64,000 nucleotides of DNA from an uncultured Gammaproteobacteria bacterium. Lineage in GTDB: Bacteria; Pseudomonadota; Gammaproteobacteria; UBA9214. The stretch spans positions 900,458 through 964,457 of the forward strand of contig CAVPAE010000006.1 of the NCBI GenBank assembly GCA_963701455.1. The letters are read 5' to 3'. Shown one piece after another: positions 17,307 to 27,392 of the stretch. Every line of letters starts with the position of its first letter. Within the stretch, counting starts at the first letter, position 1. The notes beneath the pieces are model-generated. The model was not told where the DNA came from. It worked only from the letters and a program-made list of their open reading frames with translations, and searched no databases. A program made the position numbers and the translations under genes.

Positions 17307-18149
17307 CTATTCCATGATTTCGATGCTGGCCGAGTTCTTCAGTTCCTCGACGTGCTGCTGCAGCTGCTGGTTGGCGAGCAGCATTTTCAGGCGGTCCTTG
17401 ACGTCCTCGAATGGCGGCGGGGTGCTTTCACGGGAATCATCCAGGATGATGACGTGCCAGCCGAACTGGGTCTGCACCGGCTCCTTGGTGTACTCGCCCT
17501 TTTCCAGTTGTGCCGCGGCCTCCGAGAACGGTGCGACCATCTGGCCGGCGCCGAACCAGCCCAGCTTGCCGCCGCTGCTGCCCGACGGACCGGTGGATTT
17601 TTCCTTGGCCAGTTCCGAGAAGTCCGAGCCCTGGTCGAGCATCACGATCACGGCCTTGGCTTCATCCTCGGTTTCAACCAGGATGTGACGGGCATTGAAT
17701 TCCTTGCCCGGTTTGCCCACCTGGGCGTCGTAGAGTTCCTGCGCGGCTTCATCGGTGACCGGGTTGCTGTTCATGAAGTCCTTGATCGCGGCACCGGCCA
17801 GTGCAGTGCGCTCCTGCTGGTCCAGCGCGGCGACGACCATCGGCAGCGCGTTGAGTCCCTTGCTGATACTTTCCTGGCGCATCAGCTCCAGGGAAATCAG
17901 CTCGTTCAGCACGGCTTCCTGGTCACTGTCTTCCGGATTGGTGCTCTGGCTCTTGCGCATTGCGCTATAGACATCCAGCACGGACTGGGTCAGCGGGGTG
18001 CCATTGACGGTAGCGATCACAACGCCTTCCACGACCGGCGCAGTGGCCGCAGGCGCGGTGGCATCTGTCTGTCCAGCGGATGGCAGCTTGTCGCAGCCGG
18101 CAACCAGGGCCAGCGCGGCGAGTAACGGTAAAGCGTGACGATAGTTCAT
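17307..18149 (-). CDS. Peptidyl-prolyl cis-trans isomerase, parvulin/PpiC family, lipoprotein
   Basis: LAALALVAGC lipobox. Parvulin domain FNARHILV...GGKLGWFGAGQMVAPF...GWHVI. Confidence 0.8.
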   Translation of the reverse strand: MNYRHALPLLAALALVAGCDKLPSAGQTDATAPAATAPVVEGVVIATVNGTPLTQSVLDVYSAMRKSQSTNPEDSDQEAVLNELISLELMRQESISKGLNALPMVVAALDQQERTALAGAAIKDFMNSNPVTDEAAQELYDAQVGKPGKEFNARHILVETEDEAKAVIVMLDQGSDFSELAKEKSTGPSGSSGGKLGWFGAGQMVAPFSEAAAQLEKGEYTKEPVQTQFGWHVIILDDSRESTPPPFEDVKDRLKMLLANQQLQQHVEELKNSASIEIME

Positions 18150-18155
18150 ACAGTG

Positions 18156-18449
18156 TTACCTTTCAGGGTTTGTGGATTGGAATTCACCAGGCGTTGCGGC
18201 CTGGATGCTGAGAGCATGGATGTCGCGCTGCATCATATCACCGAGGGCATCATAGACCAGGCGGTGCCGCTGGATGAGCGGCTTGTCCTGAAACGCGGCG
18301 GCAACGATGTGCACGATGAAATGGCCGCCGCCGCTCGCGGCACCCGCGTGTCCGGCATGTTTGGCGCTTTCGTCGATAATTTCCAGTGATACCGGCTGCA
18401 GGGCCTCTGTCAGGCGGGTGCGGATCCGGTCGATGCGTTCGCTGGTCAT
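18156..18449 (-). CDS. BolA family protein
   Basis: MTSERIDRIRTRLTEALQPVSLEIIDESAKHAGHAGA...HFIVHIVAAAFQDKPLIQRHRLVYDAL...HALSIQA. The ORF track extends it spuriously upstream. Confidence 0.75.
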   Translation of the reverse strand: MTSERIDRIRTRLTEALQPVSLEIIDESAKHAGHAGAASGGGHFIVHIVAAAFQDKPLIQRHRLVYDALGDMMQRDIHALSIQAATPGEFQSTNPER

Positions 18450-18450
18450 G

Positions 18451-18750
18451 TCAGGGCAGTACCTGCTTGAAGGGTTTGACGGTGACCTGTGCATACACAC
18501 CGGCGGGCACGTAGGGATCGGCATCCGCCCATGCCTGGGCATCTTCCAGCGAGGCAAACTCCGCGACCACCAGGCTGCCGCTGAAGCCGGCCGCACCGGG
18601 ATCGGGGCTGTCGATGGCCGGGTGTGGGCCGGCCAGCACCAGGCGCCCGGCCTCCTGCAGTTGCTCGAGCCTGGCCAGGTGAGCGGGGCGCGCCTGCAGC
18701 CGGTCGGCCAGGCTGCCTTCGCGATCCTCGCTGATGATGGCGTACAGCAT
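18451..18750 (-). CDS. YciI family protein
   Basis: [28 protein letters not shown], 99 aa. The upstream extension in the ORF track is a GC artefact. Confidence 0.7.
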   Translation of the reverse strand: MLYAIISEDREGSLADRLQARPAHLARLEQLQEAGRLVLAGPHPAIDSPDPGAAGFSGSLVVAEFASLEDAQAWADADPYVPAGVYAQVTVKPFKQVLP

Positions 18751-19292
18751 TAATCGCCGCCCTCCGGTGATTCCATGTAGCGGCTGAGATAGAACGCCTG
18801 GGCGAACACGAATACCAGCGTCAGTCCCATCATGCCGAACAGCTTGAAATTCACCCAGGTGTCTTCGCTGTAGTTGTAGGCGACGTACAGGTTCAGCAGT
18901 CCCATGAACGCGAAGAACAGCGTCCATGCCCAGTTGAGGCGTGCCCACACCGGTGACGGTGCGGAGATGGCGTGTCCCATCATGCGCTCCACCAGGGGAC
19001 GCTTGCCGATGAACTGGCTGCCGAGAAAGGAGATGCCGAACAGCCAGTTGACAACGGTTGGCTTCCACTTGATGAACACCGGGTCGCGCAGCGCGAGGGT
19101 GAGGCCGCCAAACAGGACCAGGATGCCCAGCGTGATCAGGTGCATCTTTTCGAACTTGCGGTGCTTCAGCCAGTATGCCCCGGTTTGCACGAAGGCGGCG
19201 CCGATGGCCACGGCCGTGGCCACGTAAATGTCGTACAGCTTGTACGCCAGAAAAAACAGCAGGATCGGAAACAGGTCAAAAAGAAACTTCAT
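18750..19292 (-). CDS. yciB: Intracellular septation protein A (YciB/IspZ)
   Basis: [26 protein letters not shown]. 180-aa membrane protein next to yciI and bolA. Confidence 0.8.
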   Translation of the reverse strand: MKFLFDLFPILLFFLAYKLYDIYVATAVAIGAAFVQTGAYWLKHRKFEKMHLITLGILVLFGGLTLALRDPVFIKWKPTVVNWLFGISFLGSQFIGKRPLVERMMGHAISAPSPVWARLNWAWTLFFAFMGLLNLYVAYNYSEDTWVNFKLFGMMGLTLVFVFAQAFYLSRYMESPEGGD

Positions 19293-19498
19293 CGCAAATT
19301 CATTTTGTAATAGAGGAAGCCAGCCAATTCAGTGGCTTGCCGGTGTTGCATCATAGTCTTTTTAGAATGTGGTTGAAAGCATTGTGCCAGCCCGGCATCA
19401 GTCGTTCGGTTAGTCAGGGAATCCACGGAAAAGTTTCGGGCGGGTGTTATTCCTTACCGTGTTTTTCCGTGGATTCCGTGGCCATGCTATCCCGTGAT

Positions 19499-20239
19499 CT
19501 AGTGCAGGGCGCGGTTAACCGTCCACTGGCGATGGTATTTCTCCATCACCTTGCGCACCTGCGCCGGGTAGTCCAGCGCGTCCATCTGCTGCATACCCTC
19601 GGTGAAGAAGCGCCCGGCATCCTCCGGGAGCTTGCTGGTGAGCACCGCAAAGGCCTGTTCCATGAGTTCGGGATTGTGGCTGCGCGTGGCGATGATGCTC
19701 TGGTTCAGCAGCAGCACCCGCCAGGGTCGTCCCGGGTTCACTTTCTCCAGGTCCTGGCTGATCATCGGGGCAACGGCCGCCACGATGCGGTTGATGACGT
19801 GGCTGAGGGCCTCGAGCCTGGGGGGTTCCCGCAGGTTATTGGCCAGCAGCGCCAGCGCGTCTACCACCGGTTCCAGGGTGTCGATGCGCCCGCCGTGGTC
19901 AGCTACCCACAGGGCAATGTTGATAGAGACCAGGGCGAGCGCCTCCTGGCGGTCGTCCAGTCCGGCCTTTGCGGCCAGCGTCGCCAGGGCCTCCTGCAGG
20001 CGCAGGGCATATTCCCCGATCTCGGTAATATCCGCGCTGTCGCGCATCCGGTCCGCACGCGCGTCGGACTCGATACGTGCCATCACATCCAGCAATTGCC
20101 TGAAGGCTTCCACCAGCGAGGAAGGATCGGTTGCGTCCTGTGCCGCAGGTGCAGCCGTGGCGGCGGCCTCGATACAGGCCGGCAGCAGGGTGTCCAGCAG
20201 GGATTGCAAGTCCGCTGGCCTGCCTGTCGGTATTTCCAT
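19499..20239 (-). CDS. Hypothetical protein (246 aa)
   Basis: Balanced amino-acid composition on the minus strand. The overlapping + strand ORF is Arg-rich and artefact-like. No motifs found. Confidence 0.4.
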   Translation of the reverse strand: MEIPTGRPADLQSLLDTLLPACIEAAATAAPAAQDATDPSSLVEAFRQLLDVMARIESDARADRMRDSADITEIGEYALRLQEALATLAAKAGLDDRQEALALVSINIALWVADHGGRIDTLEPVVDALALLANNLREPPRLEALSHVINRIVAAVAPMISQDLEKVNPGRPWRVLLLNQSIIATRSHNPELMEQAFAVLTSKLPEDAGRFFTEGMQQMDALDYPAQVRKVMEKYHRQWTVNRALH

Positions 20240-20365
20240 GGGGTAGCAGCTCCGGAAAATATGGCTGCATATGGTACCGCTTTCGTGGCAGGCCCGCGAG
20301 CCGTGAAACCCTCTCGACTATGTGTTTAAGCCCCCCTGGGCAGGCGGCTTCTGTAGAATACCGGG

Positions 20366-21244
20366 ATGTCCCTGAGTTATGACCTGCACTGCCACTCGCT
20401 GGCGTCCGACGGCACCCTTTCCCCGGCCGGGGTGGTGGCTGCTGCGCACGCCGCGGCGGTGGACGTACTGGCCCTGACCGACCATGACACCACGGCGGGG
20501 ATCGCCGCGGCCACGGAGTCTGCGCGGCCACTGGGTATGCGGCTGGTGCCGGGCGTGGAGATCTCGACCAACTGGGGTTCCCAGACCGTGCACGTACTCG
20601 GGCTGGGAATCGACCCCGACTGCGAGGCCCTGCAGGTCGGGCTGGCGGAGCTGCGTGCCTTCCGCGACTGGCGCGCCGTGGAAATCGGGCACCGGCTGGC
20701 CCGTGCCGGCATCGGCGGTTGCTACGAGGGTGCGCGGCGACTGGCGCAGGGCAGTATCGTGAGCCGAACCCATTTCGCGCACCACCTGGTTGCCACGGGG
20801 CATGCCGCCTCGGTGCGGGACGTGTTCAAGCGCTTCCTGGTCAACAACAAGCCCGGCCACGTTCCCGGCCGGTGGGCCGAGCTGGAGGCGGTCATGTCCT
20901 GGATCGCGGCAGCGGGCGGTATGGCTGTTATTGCCCACCCGGCCCGTTACAATATGACCGCCAGCAAGCTGCGCCGCCTGGTCGGTGAATTCCGGGAGTG
21001 CGGCGGTATCGGCATGGAGGTCGTGTCCGGCAGCCACACGCGCGACAATATCATTGCCATGGCGGCACTGAGTCGCAACGAGGGGATGCTGGCCTCGAGC
21101 GGTTCGGACTTTCATGGCCCGGAAAATCCCTGGGTCAGGCTGGGGCAGCTGGCGGAGATGCCGGCCGGCTGCCGCCCGGTCTGGGAAAGCGAGCACTGGC
21201 TGAACCCTGCCGGCTGCAGGCAACATATAAACAACTACGCATGA
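20366..21244 (+). CDS. PHP-domain phosphoesterase (TrpH/YciV, RNase AM-like)
   Basis: YDLHCHSLASDG N-terminus, then TDHDT. Confidence 0.75.
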   Translation: MSLSYDLHCHSLASDGTLSPAGVVAAAHAAAVDVLALTDHDTTAGIAAATESARPLGMRLVPGVEISTNWGSQTVHVLGLGIDPDCEALQVGLAELRAFRDWRAVEIGHRLARAGIGGCYEGARRLAQGSIVSRTHFAHHLVATGHAASVRDVFKRFLVNNKPGHVPGRWAELEAVMSWIAAAGGMAVIAHPARYNMTASKLRRLVGEFRECGGIGMEVVSGSHTRDNIIAMAALSRNEGMLASSGSDFHGPENPWVRLGQLAEMPAGCRPVWESEHWLNPAGCRQHINNYA

Positions 21245-21363
21245 AGGATTAGACAGGTCAATTGATTCGGGTTAAAAGTATCCGCCCCGCTACGGTTGCC
21301 GGCCGGGTATTTACGCGGCAACCCCCACAGCCACTACCCGAACACGCCGATCGAGTTGCGCCC

Positions 21364-21984
21364 ATGAGCCAGTATTTCCAGATCCATCCGGTGAACCCGC
21401 AGCCACGCCTGATTTACCAGGCCGTGGAGATCCTCCGCAACGAGGGCCTGATCGTGTATCCCACCGACTCCAGTTATGCGCTGGGCTGTCACGTGGGAGA
21501 CAAGCGCGGCATGGAGCGGATTCGTCGCATTCGCGCGCTGGACAGCCGCCACAATTTCACGCTGGTGTGCCGCGATCTCTCGGAGATTGCCACCTACGCC
21601 AAGGTGGATAATGGTTCCTACCGCCTGCTGAAGTCACTGACGCCTGGCCCGTATACCTTTGTCCTGCGTGCTACCCACGAGGTGCCGCGGCGCCTGCAGA
21701 ACCCCAAGCGCAAGACCATCGGTATCCGGGTTCCCGATAACCCGATCGCGCACGCGCTGCTGGCGGAACTGGGTGAGCCGATGATGAGTTCCACGCTGAT
21801 TCTGCCGGGACGGGACATGCCGGAGACCGATGCTCAGGATATCCGGGAGCGGCTTGAACACGATGTGGACCTGGTGATCGACGGCGGCAACTGCGGCTTC
21901 GAGCCGACCACGGTGATCAACATGAGTGACGCCGTGCCTGCGCTGTTGCGCCAGGGCTGCGGCAGTGTCGAGGGTTTTCTCTAG
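21364..21984 (+). CDS. YciO / L-threonylcarbamoyladenylate synthase family protein (Sua5/YciO/YrdC)
   Basis: MSQYFQIHPVNPQPRLIYQAVEILRNEGLIVYPTDSSYALGC, 206 aa. Confidence 0.75.
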   Translation: MSQYFQIHPVNPQPRLIYQAVEILRNEGLIVYPTDSSYALGCHVGDKRGMERIRRIRALDSRHNFTLVCRDLSEIATYAKVDNGSYRLLKSLTPGPYTFVLRATHEVPRRLQNPKRKTIGIRVPDNPIAHALLAELGEPMMSSTLILPGRDMPETDAQDIRERLEHDVDLVIDGGNCGFEPTTVINMSDAVPALLRQGCGSVEGFL

Positions 21985-21989
21985 AGACA

Positions 21990-22265
21990 CTCTGGTTTAT
22001 TCATATATCGCGTCATTGCGAGCGCGATGTACCGGGAGAAGATGAGGCCGGGAACCGGTCGAGAAGCTGGCCTGGGCCATGTACGAGTGTCGCGGGAGGC
22101 ATGGACGCCGGGAGCGACCAGCGAAGCAATCTCGTAACCAGTGAATCAACGAGTTACAGGTTGCTTCGTCACTGTGTTCCTCGGTAACTGCTCCATGCGT
22201 CGCCTAAGGCGCCTACTGTTGGTACTCTACCTCCTACATCCATGTAGTCGTCGCAATGACGTATA
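21990..22265. repeat. MITE-like palindromic element with an internal insertion
   Basis: Terminal arms cgcgtcattgcgagcg / cgtcgcaatgacg and gaagcaatctcg / caggttgcttcg. Confidence 0.4.
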
Positions 22266-22308
22266 AATCCTGGCATGCAATCAACGGACACAAGGTTATA
22301 ATCCGCCG

Positions 22309-22998
22309 ATGCTTGATCTCAACCTGGTACAGAAAATTGCGGTCTGGATCGTCCCGGTGCTGCTGGCGATCACGGTTCACGAAGTTGCGCACGGCTGGGT
22401 GGCCAGCAAGCTGGGTGACAAGACCGCTTTCATGCTGGGCCGGCTGACGCTGAATCCACTCAAGCACGTTGATCCCATGGGCACGATCCTGATACCCGGG
22501 ATGCTGCTGCTCCTGCAAACCGGATTTATTTTCGGCTATGCGAAGCCCGTGCCCGTTACCTGGCAGAACCTGCGCAATCCGAAGCGGGACATGGCGCTGG
22601 TCGCGGTCGCCGGACCGGCTGCGAACCTGCTGATGGCCATCGGCTGGGCGTTGCTGATGCGTGTCGGGCTGCTGCTGGGTGAGCAGGGCATGGCCCTGAT
22701 CTACATGGGTGTTGCCGGCATTTCCATCAATACCATCCTGATGGTGCTCAACCTGCTGCCGCTGCCGCCGCTGGACGGCGGGCGCGTCCTCACCGGCCTG
22801 CTGCCGGGGCCGTGGGCATACCGCGTCAGCCGCATCGAGCCGTACGGTTTTTTCATCCTGATCGCGTTGCTGGTCACGGGCCTGCTGGGCCTGATACTGT
22901 GGCCGCTGATCAGCATGGTCATGGCCCTGCTGGTGCCGGTGTCCGGCCTGCCGGCGCAGCAATTCCAGTTGCTGCTGATGACACTGATGGGTGGATAG
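22309..22998 (+). CDS. Site-2 protease family (peptidase M50) membrane metalloprotease
   Basis: HEVAHGW (HExxH) in TM1. Multi-TM, 229 aa. Confidence 0.75.
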   Translation: MLDLNLVQKIAVWIVPVLLAITVHEVAHGWVASKLGDKTAFMLGRLTLNPLKHVDPMGTILIPGMLLLLQTGFIFGYAKPVPVTWQNLRNPKRDMALVAVAGPAANLLMAIGWALLMRVGLLLGEQGMALIYMGVAGISINTILMVLNLLPLPPLDGGRVLTGLLPGPWAYRVSRIEPYGFFILIALLVTGLLGLILWPLISMVMALLVPVSGLPAQQFQLLLMTLMGG

Positions 22999-23007
22999 GA
23001 GATCGTT

Positions 23008-24222
23008 TTGGGTAGTGTAGAGACTCACAGCCGGGTGCTTTCCGGCATGCGGCCGACCGGGCAGTTACACCTCGGTCATTACCACGGTGTGCTCAAGAAC
23101 TGGGTGGCGCTGCAGCAGGAATTTGACTGCTTTTTCTTCGTGGCCGACTGGCATGCGCTGACGACACATTACGAAGAGGCGCATATTATCGCCGACAGCG
23201 TCTGGGACATGGTGATTGACTGGCTTGCCGCCGGCGTTGATCCGGGCAAGGCCAACCTGTTTATCCAGTCGCAGGTCCCGGAGCATGCCGAGCTGCACCT
23301 GCTGCTCTCCATGGTCACGCCACTGGGCTGGCTGGAACGGGTGCCCAGCTTCAAGGACCAGCAGGAAAAGCTGCGGGAACGCGATCTCGCGACCTACGGG
23401 TTTCTCGGCTACCCGCTGCTGCAGAGCGCCGACATCCTGATCTACGGCGCCGACAAGGTGCCGGTAGGGGAGGACCAGGTGGCGCATGTCGAGCTGACCC
23501 GCGAGGTCGCGCGCCGCTTCAACCATATCTACGGACGCGAGCCCGGTTTCGAGGCGGCCGCCGAGGCGGCCATCAAGAAGATGGGCAAGAAAAACGCCCG
23601 CCTGTTCCGGGAGCTGCTGAAACGCTACCAGGAGAAGGGAGACCACGAGGCCGTGCCCGTGGCGCAGGCCCTGCTGGCGGAACAGCAGAACCTCGCCCTG
23701 GCGGACCGCGAACGCCTGCTGGGCTACCTGGAAGGCAGCGGCCGCATGATCCTGCGGGAGCCGGCGGCGCTGCTGACGCCGGCCTCGAAAATGCCGGGAC
23801 TCGACGGGCAGAAGATGTCCAAGTCCTACAACAATACTATCAGCCTGCGCGAGAATCCCGCTGCCGTGGGCGAGAAGCTGCGCACCATGCCGACCGACCC
23901 GGCGCGGGTGCGGCGCACCGATCCCGGCAACCCGGACATCTGCCCGGTGTGGCAGCTGCACGAGGTCTATTCCGGCGCCGAGGTGAAGGACTGGGTGCGC
24001 AGCGGCTGTACGTCCGCCGGCATTGGCTGCCTGGATTGCAAGCAGCCGATCATCGACAGCATCCTGGCGGAGCTCGAACCGCTGCAGGCGCGCGCCCGTG
24101 AATTCGAGCAGAACCCGGGCCGGGTCCGCACCATCCTCAACGAGGGGACCGAGGCGGCGCGGGAAGTGGCGCGGGAAACGCTGGAAGAAGTGCGCAGCGT
24201 GATGGGCCTGAGCTACACCTGA
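23008..24222 (+). CDS. trpS: Tryptophan--tRNA ligase (long form)
   Basis: Class I HIGH-like motif GQLHLGHY and KMSKS. Confidence 0.9.
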   Translation: MGSVETHSRVLSGMRPTGQLHLGHYHGVLKNWVALQQEFDCFFFVADWHALTTHYEEAHIIADSVWDMVIDWLAAGVDPGKANLFIQSQVPEHAELHLLLSMVTPLGWLERVPSFKDQQEKLRERDLATYGFLGYPLLQSADILIYGADKVPVGEDQVAHVELTREVARRFNHIYGREPGFEAAAEAAIKKMGKKNARLFRELLKRYQEKGDHEAVPVAQALLAEQQNLALADRERLLGYLEGSGRMILREPAALLTPASKMPGLDGQKMSKSYNNTISLRENPAAVGEKLRTMPTDPARVRRTDPGNPDICPVWQLHEVYSGAEVKDWVRSGCTSAGIGCLDCKQPIIDSILAELEPLQARAREFEQNPGRVRTILNEGTEAAREVARETLEEVRSVMGLSYT

Positions 24223-24339
24223 ACCGCCCGCAATAATTACGGCAAACCGGGGACATCCCGTTGAAAATAGGTTAGTATCGCCCGGACGATGCAAGTCGTC
24301 CCTAGGCTACGACGCGGTCACCACGTACCAGGGAGTTAC

Positions 24340-25224
24340 ATGAGCGAAAACCAGAGTTGCGAAGTCACGCCGGATATCCAGCACCAGGAAGAACTCCCCC
24401 TCGCCGTTGTCCAGGGCAGGGTCCTCGAAGCACTCCCCAAAGATCTCTACATCCCGCCGCAGGCGCTGGAGATTATCCTTGAGTCCTTTGAAGGGCCACT
24501 GGATCTGCTGCTGTACCTGATCCGCAAGGAGAACCTCGATATCGTCGACATCCCCATCGCCGATGTGACCCGGCAGTATGTCGTATACATCGAGCTGATG
24601 CAGGAGATGCAGCTGGAGCTGGCAGGCGAGTACCTGGTGATGTCCGCGATGCTGGCGGAGATCAAGTCCCGCATGCTGCTGCCGCGGCCACCTGCAGCGG
24701 AGGAGGGCGAGGAAGACGATCCGCGTGCCGAGCTGATCCGCCGGCTGCAGGAATACGAACGCTACAAGCAGGCCGCCGAGGACGTGGACGCCTTGCCACG
24801 GCTGGGCCGCGATGTCTTCCAGGCACATGCCCAGGCTCCCGATCAGAAGGTTGTCAGGCTGCCGCCGGAAGTGGAGTTGAACGACCTGGTTGCGGCCTTC
24901 CAGCAGGTCATGCAGCGGGCCTCGATGTACGCCCACCATCACGTGCAAATGGAATCCCTGTCGGTGCGCGAGCGCATGTCCATTATTCTCGGCAAGGTGA
25001 ACTCGACCGGATTTACTGCATTCACCGACCTGTTCACGGTTTCCGAGGGCCGCATGGGCGTAGTGGTCTCCTTTCTCGCGGTGCTGGAACTGATGAAGGA
25101 ATCACTCATTGAACTGACACAGTCGGAGCCCTATGCCCCGATTCATGTCAAAGCCGCGACCCGCATCGAGGATGCCCCGGTATCCGTGCCGGAAGAGCCA
25201 ATGGCGGAACAGGCAAGCGCCTGA
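24340..25224 (+). CDS. scpA: Segregation and condensation protein A
   Basis: ILESFEGPLDLLLYLIRKENLDIVDIPIADVTRQY. The ORF track start at 24289 is probably too far upstream. Confidence 0.85.
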   Translation: MSENQSCEVTPDIQHQEELPLAVVQGRVLEALPKDLYIPPQALEIILESFEGPLDLLLYLIRKENLDIVDIPIADVTRQYVVYIELMQEMQLELAGEYLVMSAMLAEIKSRMLLPRPPAAEEGEEDDPRAELIRRLQEYERYKQAAEDVDALPRLGRDVFQAHAQAPDQKVVRLPPEVELNDLVAAFQQVMQRASMYAHHHVQMESLSVRERMSIILGKVNSTGFTAFTDLFTVSEGRMGVVVSFLAVLELMKESLIELTQSEPYAPIHVKAATRIEDAPVSVPEEPMAEQASA

Positions 25225-25240
25225 GCAAGGGTAGAAAGCA

Positions 25241-25927
25241 ATGGAAACAGAACAGCTGAAAACGGTCATCGAAGCGATCCTGCTGGCTGCGGGACGTCCC
25301 CTGACACTCGACCAGCTGCTGGCAATGTTCGAGGAGCAGGAAAAGCCGGAGCGCACGCAGGTGCGCGAGGCCGTGGCGGCGCTGCAGGAAGATTATGCCG
25401 GCCGCGGCATTGACCTGGTCGAGGTCGGCAGCGGCTACCGCATCCAGGTGCGCGCCAGCATGCAGCCCTGGGTGTCCCGGCTGTGGGAGGAAAAACCGGC
25501 GCGTTATACGCGCGCCCTGCTGGAGACCCTGGCACTGATCGCCTATCGCCAGCCGGTCACGCGCGGCGAGATCGAGGATGTCCGCGGCGTCAGTGTCAGC
25601 AGCAACATCATCAAGACCCTGCAGGAGCGCGAGTGGATCCACGTCGTCGGTCACCGCGAGGTGCCCGGCCGTCCCGCCATGTACGGGACTACCCGGCAGT
25701 TCCTGGACTATTTCAGCCTGAAGACACTGGACGAGCTGCCCTCGCTGGCGGAACTGCGCGACCTGAACGAGATCGGGCGGGAGCTGGAGTTCGACATGGC
25801 GGATATCCCCGGCTTGCAGGTGGAGGACGGCGACGCGGAAGAACCGGCGGAAGCTGCCGCCGAGACCGAGGAATCCCTGCCGGTAGCGGAACCGGCTGTC
25901 GGCGAGTCCGGCGCCACCATTCATTAG
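25241..25927 (+). CDS. scpB: SMC-Scp complex subunit ScpB
   Basis: IEAILLAAGRPLTLDQL...PVTRGEIEDVRGV with an acidic C-terminus. Confidence 0.85.
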   Translation: METEQLKTVIEAILLAAGRPLTLDQLLAMFEEQEKPERTQVREAVAALQEDYAGRGIDLVEVGSGYRIQVRASMQPWVSRLWEEKPARYTRALLETLALIAYRQPVTRGEIEDVRGVSVSSNIIKTLQEREWIHVVGHREVPGRPAMYGTTRQFLDYFSLKTLDELPSLAELRDLNEIGRELEFDMADIPGLQVEDGDAEEPAEAAAETEESLPVAEPAVGESGATIH

Positions 25928-25994
25928 CGGCTGCATTCGCATGCGGCAGCTTGCAGCGGCGGTGTCCGACCCTCGGTATTCACTGCCTTATGGC

Positions 25995-26200
25995 GTTGCT
26001 ATCCCGTTAACTCCTTCTCCCATCGGAGGGTGTCGTAAAAGTACCCTCTCCCTGCGGGAGAGGGTTAGGGTGAGGGGATAAAACAGGATAACCGCCTGAT
26101 TTTATATCCCCTCATCCCAGCCTTCTCCCGGAGCACCCAAAGAACGGGCATAAAGGAGAAGGGGATACACCCTTTTACAACACCCTCCAACGGGAGAAGG
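25995..26200. repeat. About 190-bp element with long-range inverted repeats
   Basis: ggagggtgtcgtaaaag...cttttacaacaccctcc. Internal hairpin ccctctccctgcgggagaggg. Shares cccaaagaacgggcataaag with other repeats. Confidence 0.4.
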
Positions 26201-26417
26201 AATTCTCTTTTGTTTCGACTAGTGGGTCGTCATGTCCTGTGCTTCAATATCATCGTAATCAGCTTTGTATATATGATGTTTCTGGATTTCAATACAACTT
26301 AACGGAACAGCAACGACCATATGATTATCAATCCCGCCTGTTTTTTCACGACGCGGCACGCCTGCACGCGCTCGCCGCGTCAGGCCGCTAGCGGCGTCGC
26401 CCGCTAGTCCCGCTCCC

Positions 26418-27215
26418 ATGGCCGAACGACTGCAAAAATTCCTGGCACAGGCCGGTTACGGCTCGCGTCGCGAGATCGAGAACTGGATTCGTGAGGGCAG
26501 GATCAGCGTGAACGACAAGCCTGCCGAACTGGGGGTCAGCGTTACCGCAGACGACCGCATCCGGGTTGATGGCCGGCTGGTTGCTGCCGCGAGTACGGAG
26601 TCGCGGCCGCCGCGAACCATGGCCTACCACAAGCCGGCCGGGGAACTGACGACCCGCAAGGATGCCGAGGGCCGTCCGACCATCTTCGACAACCTGCCGA
26701 AGATCCGCAGCGGCCGCTGGATCAGTGTCGGACGGCTGGATTTCAATACCGCCGGCCTGCTGCTGGTCACCACGGACGGCGAGCTGGCCCATCGACTGAT
26801 GCATCCCTCGTGGCAGATCGAACGGGAATACGCGGTGCGTATCCTGGGCGAAGTGGAGGATGCCGTGCTGCAACGCCTGCAGGAGGGGGTCATGCTGGAT
26901 GATGGCATGGCCGCGTTTGCCTCGATCAAGGATGCCGGCGGGCAGGGCGTCAATCACTGGTATCACGTGATCGTCAGGGAAGGGCGCAACCGCGAGGTGC
27001 GGCGCCTGTGGGAATCGCAGGGGCTGCAGGTCAGTCGCCTGATCCGGATCCGCTTCGGCCCGGTCGAACTTCAGCGCAGCCTGCGCGCCGGACGCTTCCA
27101 GGACCTGACGCCGCAGGAGCTGGCCGCCCTGTATGCGGCCGTGAAGCTGCCCGTGCCGGAGGCGCCGCCGCGGCGGCGCAAGGCGGAGGCCAGGTACGGC
27201 CGCCGCCGGCGCTAG
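26418..27215 (+). CDS. rluB: 23S rRNA pseudouridine synthase RluB
   Basis: S4 domain, RSA family. MAERLQKFLAQAGYGSRREIENWIREGRISVN, Arg-rich C-terminal tail. Confidence 0.85.
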   Translation: MAERLQKFLAQAGYGSRREIENWIREGRISVNDKPAELGVSVTADDRIRVDGRLVAAASTESRPPRTMAYHKPAGELTTRKDAEGRPTIFDNLPKIRSGRWISVGRLDFNTAGLLLVTTDGELAHRLMHPSWQIEREYAVRILGEVEDAVLQRLQEGVMLDDGMAAFASIKDAGGQGVNHWYHVIVREGRNREVRRLWESQGLQVSRLIRIRFGPVELQRSLRAGRFQDLTPQELAALYAAVKLPVPEAPPRRRKAEARYGRRRR

Positions 27216-27392
27216 GGAATCACTGATTAATTAATTCACGTGTCTCGTCATTGCGACGAACGCAGATTGTAGGTTGGGCTGAACAACTGAAGCCCAACAT
27301 GGCAAGAATCGACGGAATTCCCGCTCGTTGGGCTTCGCAGGCTCATCAACCTGCGTGCCTGGCATACGGGCGGTGTCCATGCAAGAGGTCCC

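Noticed and set aside
19380-19450. 14-bp perfect inverted repeat gaatccacggaaaa/ttttccgtggattc with a 34-nt spacer
   Set aside because: Too large a loop for a canonical terminator and no further copies in the window. Recorded only as a possible regulatory or ncRNA element.
26219-26419. 66-aa minus-strand ORF upstream of rluB
   Set aside because: No ribosome-binding site, no similarity, and it lies in the rluB promoter region. Likely non-coding.
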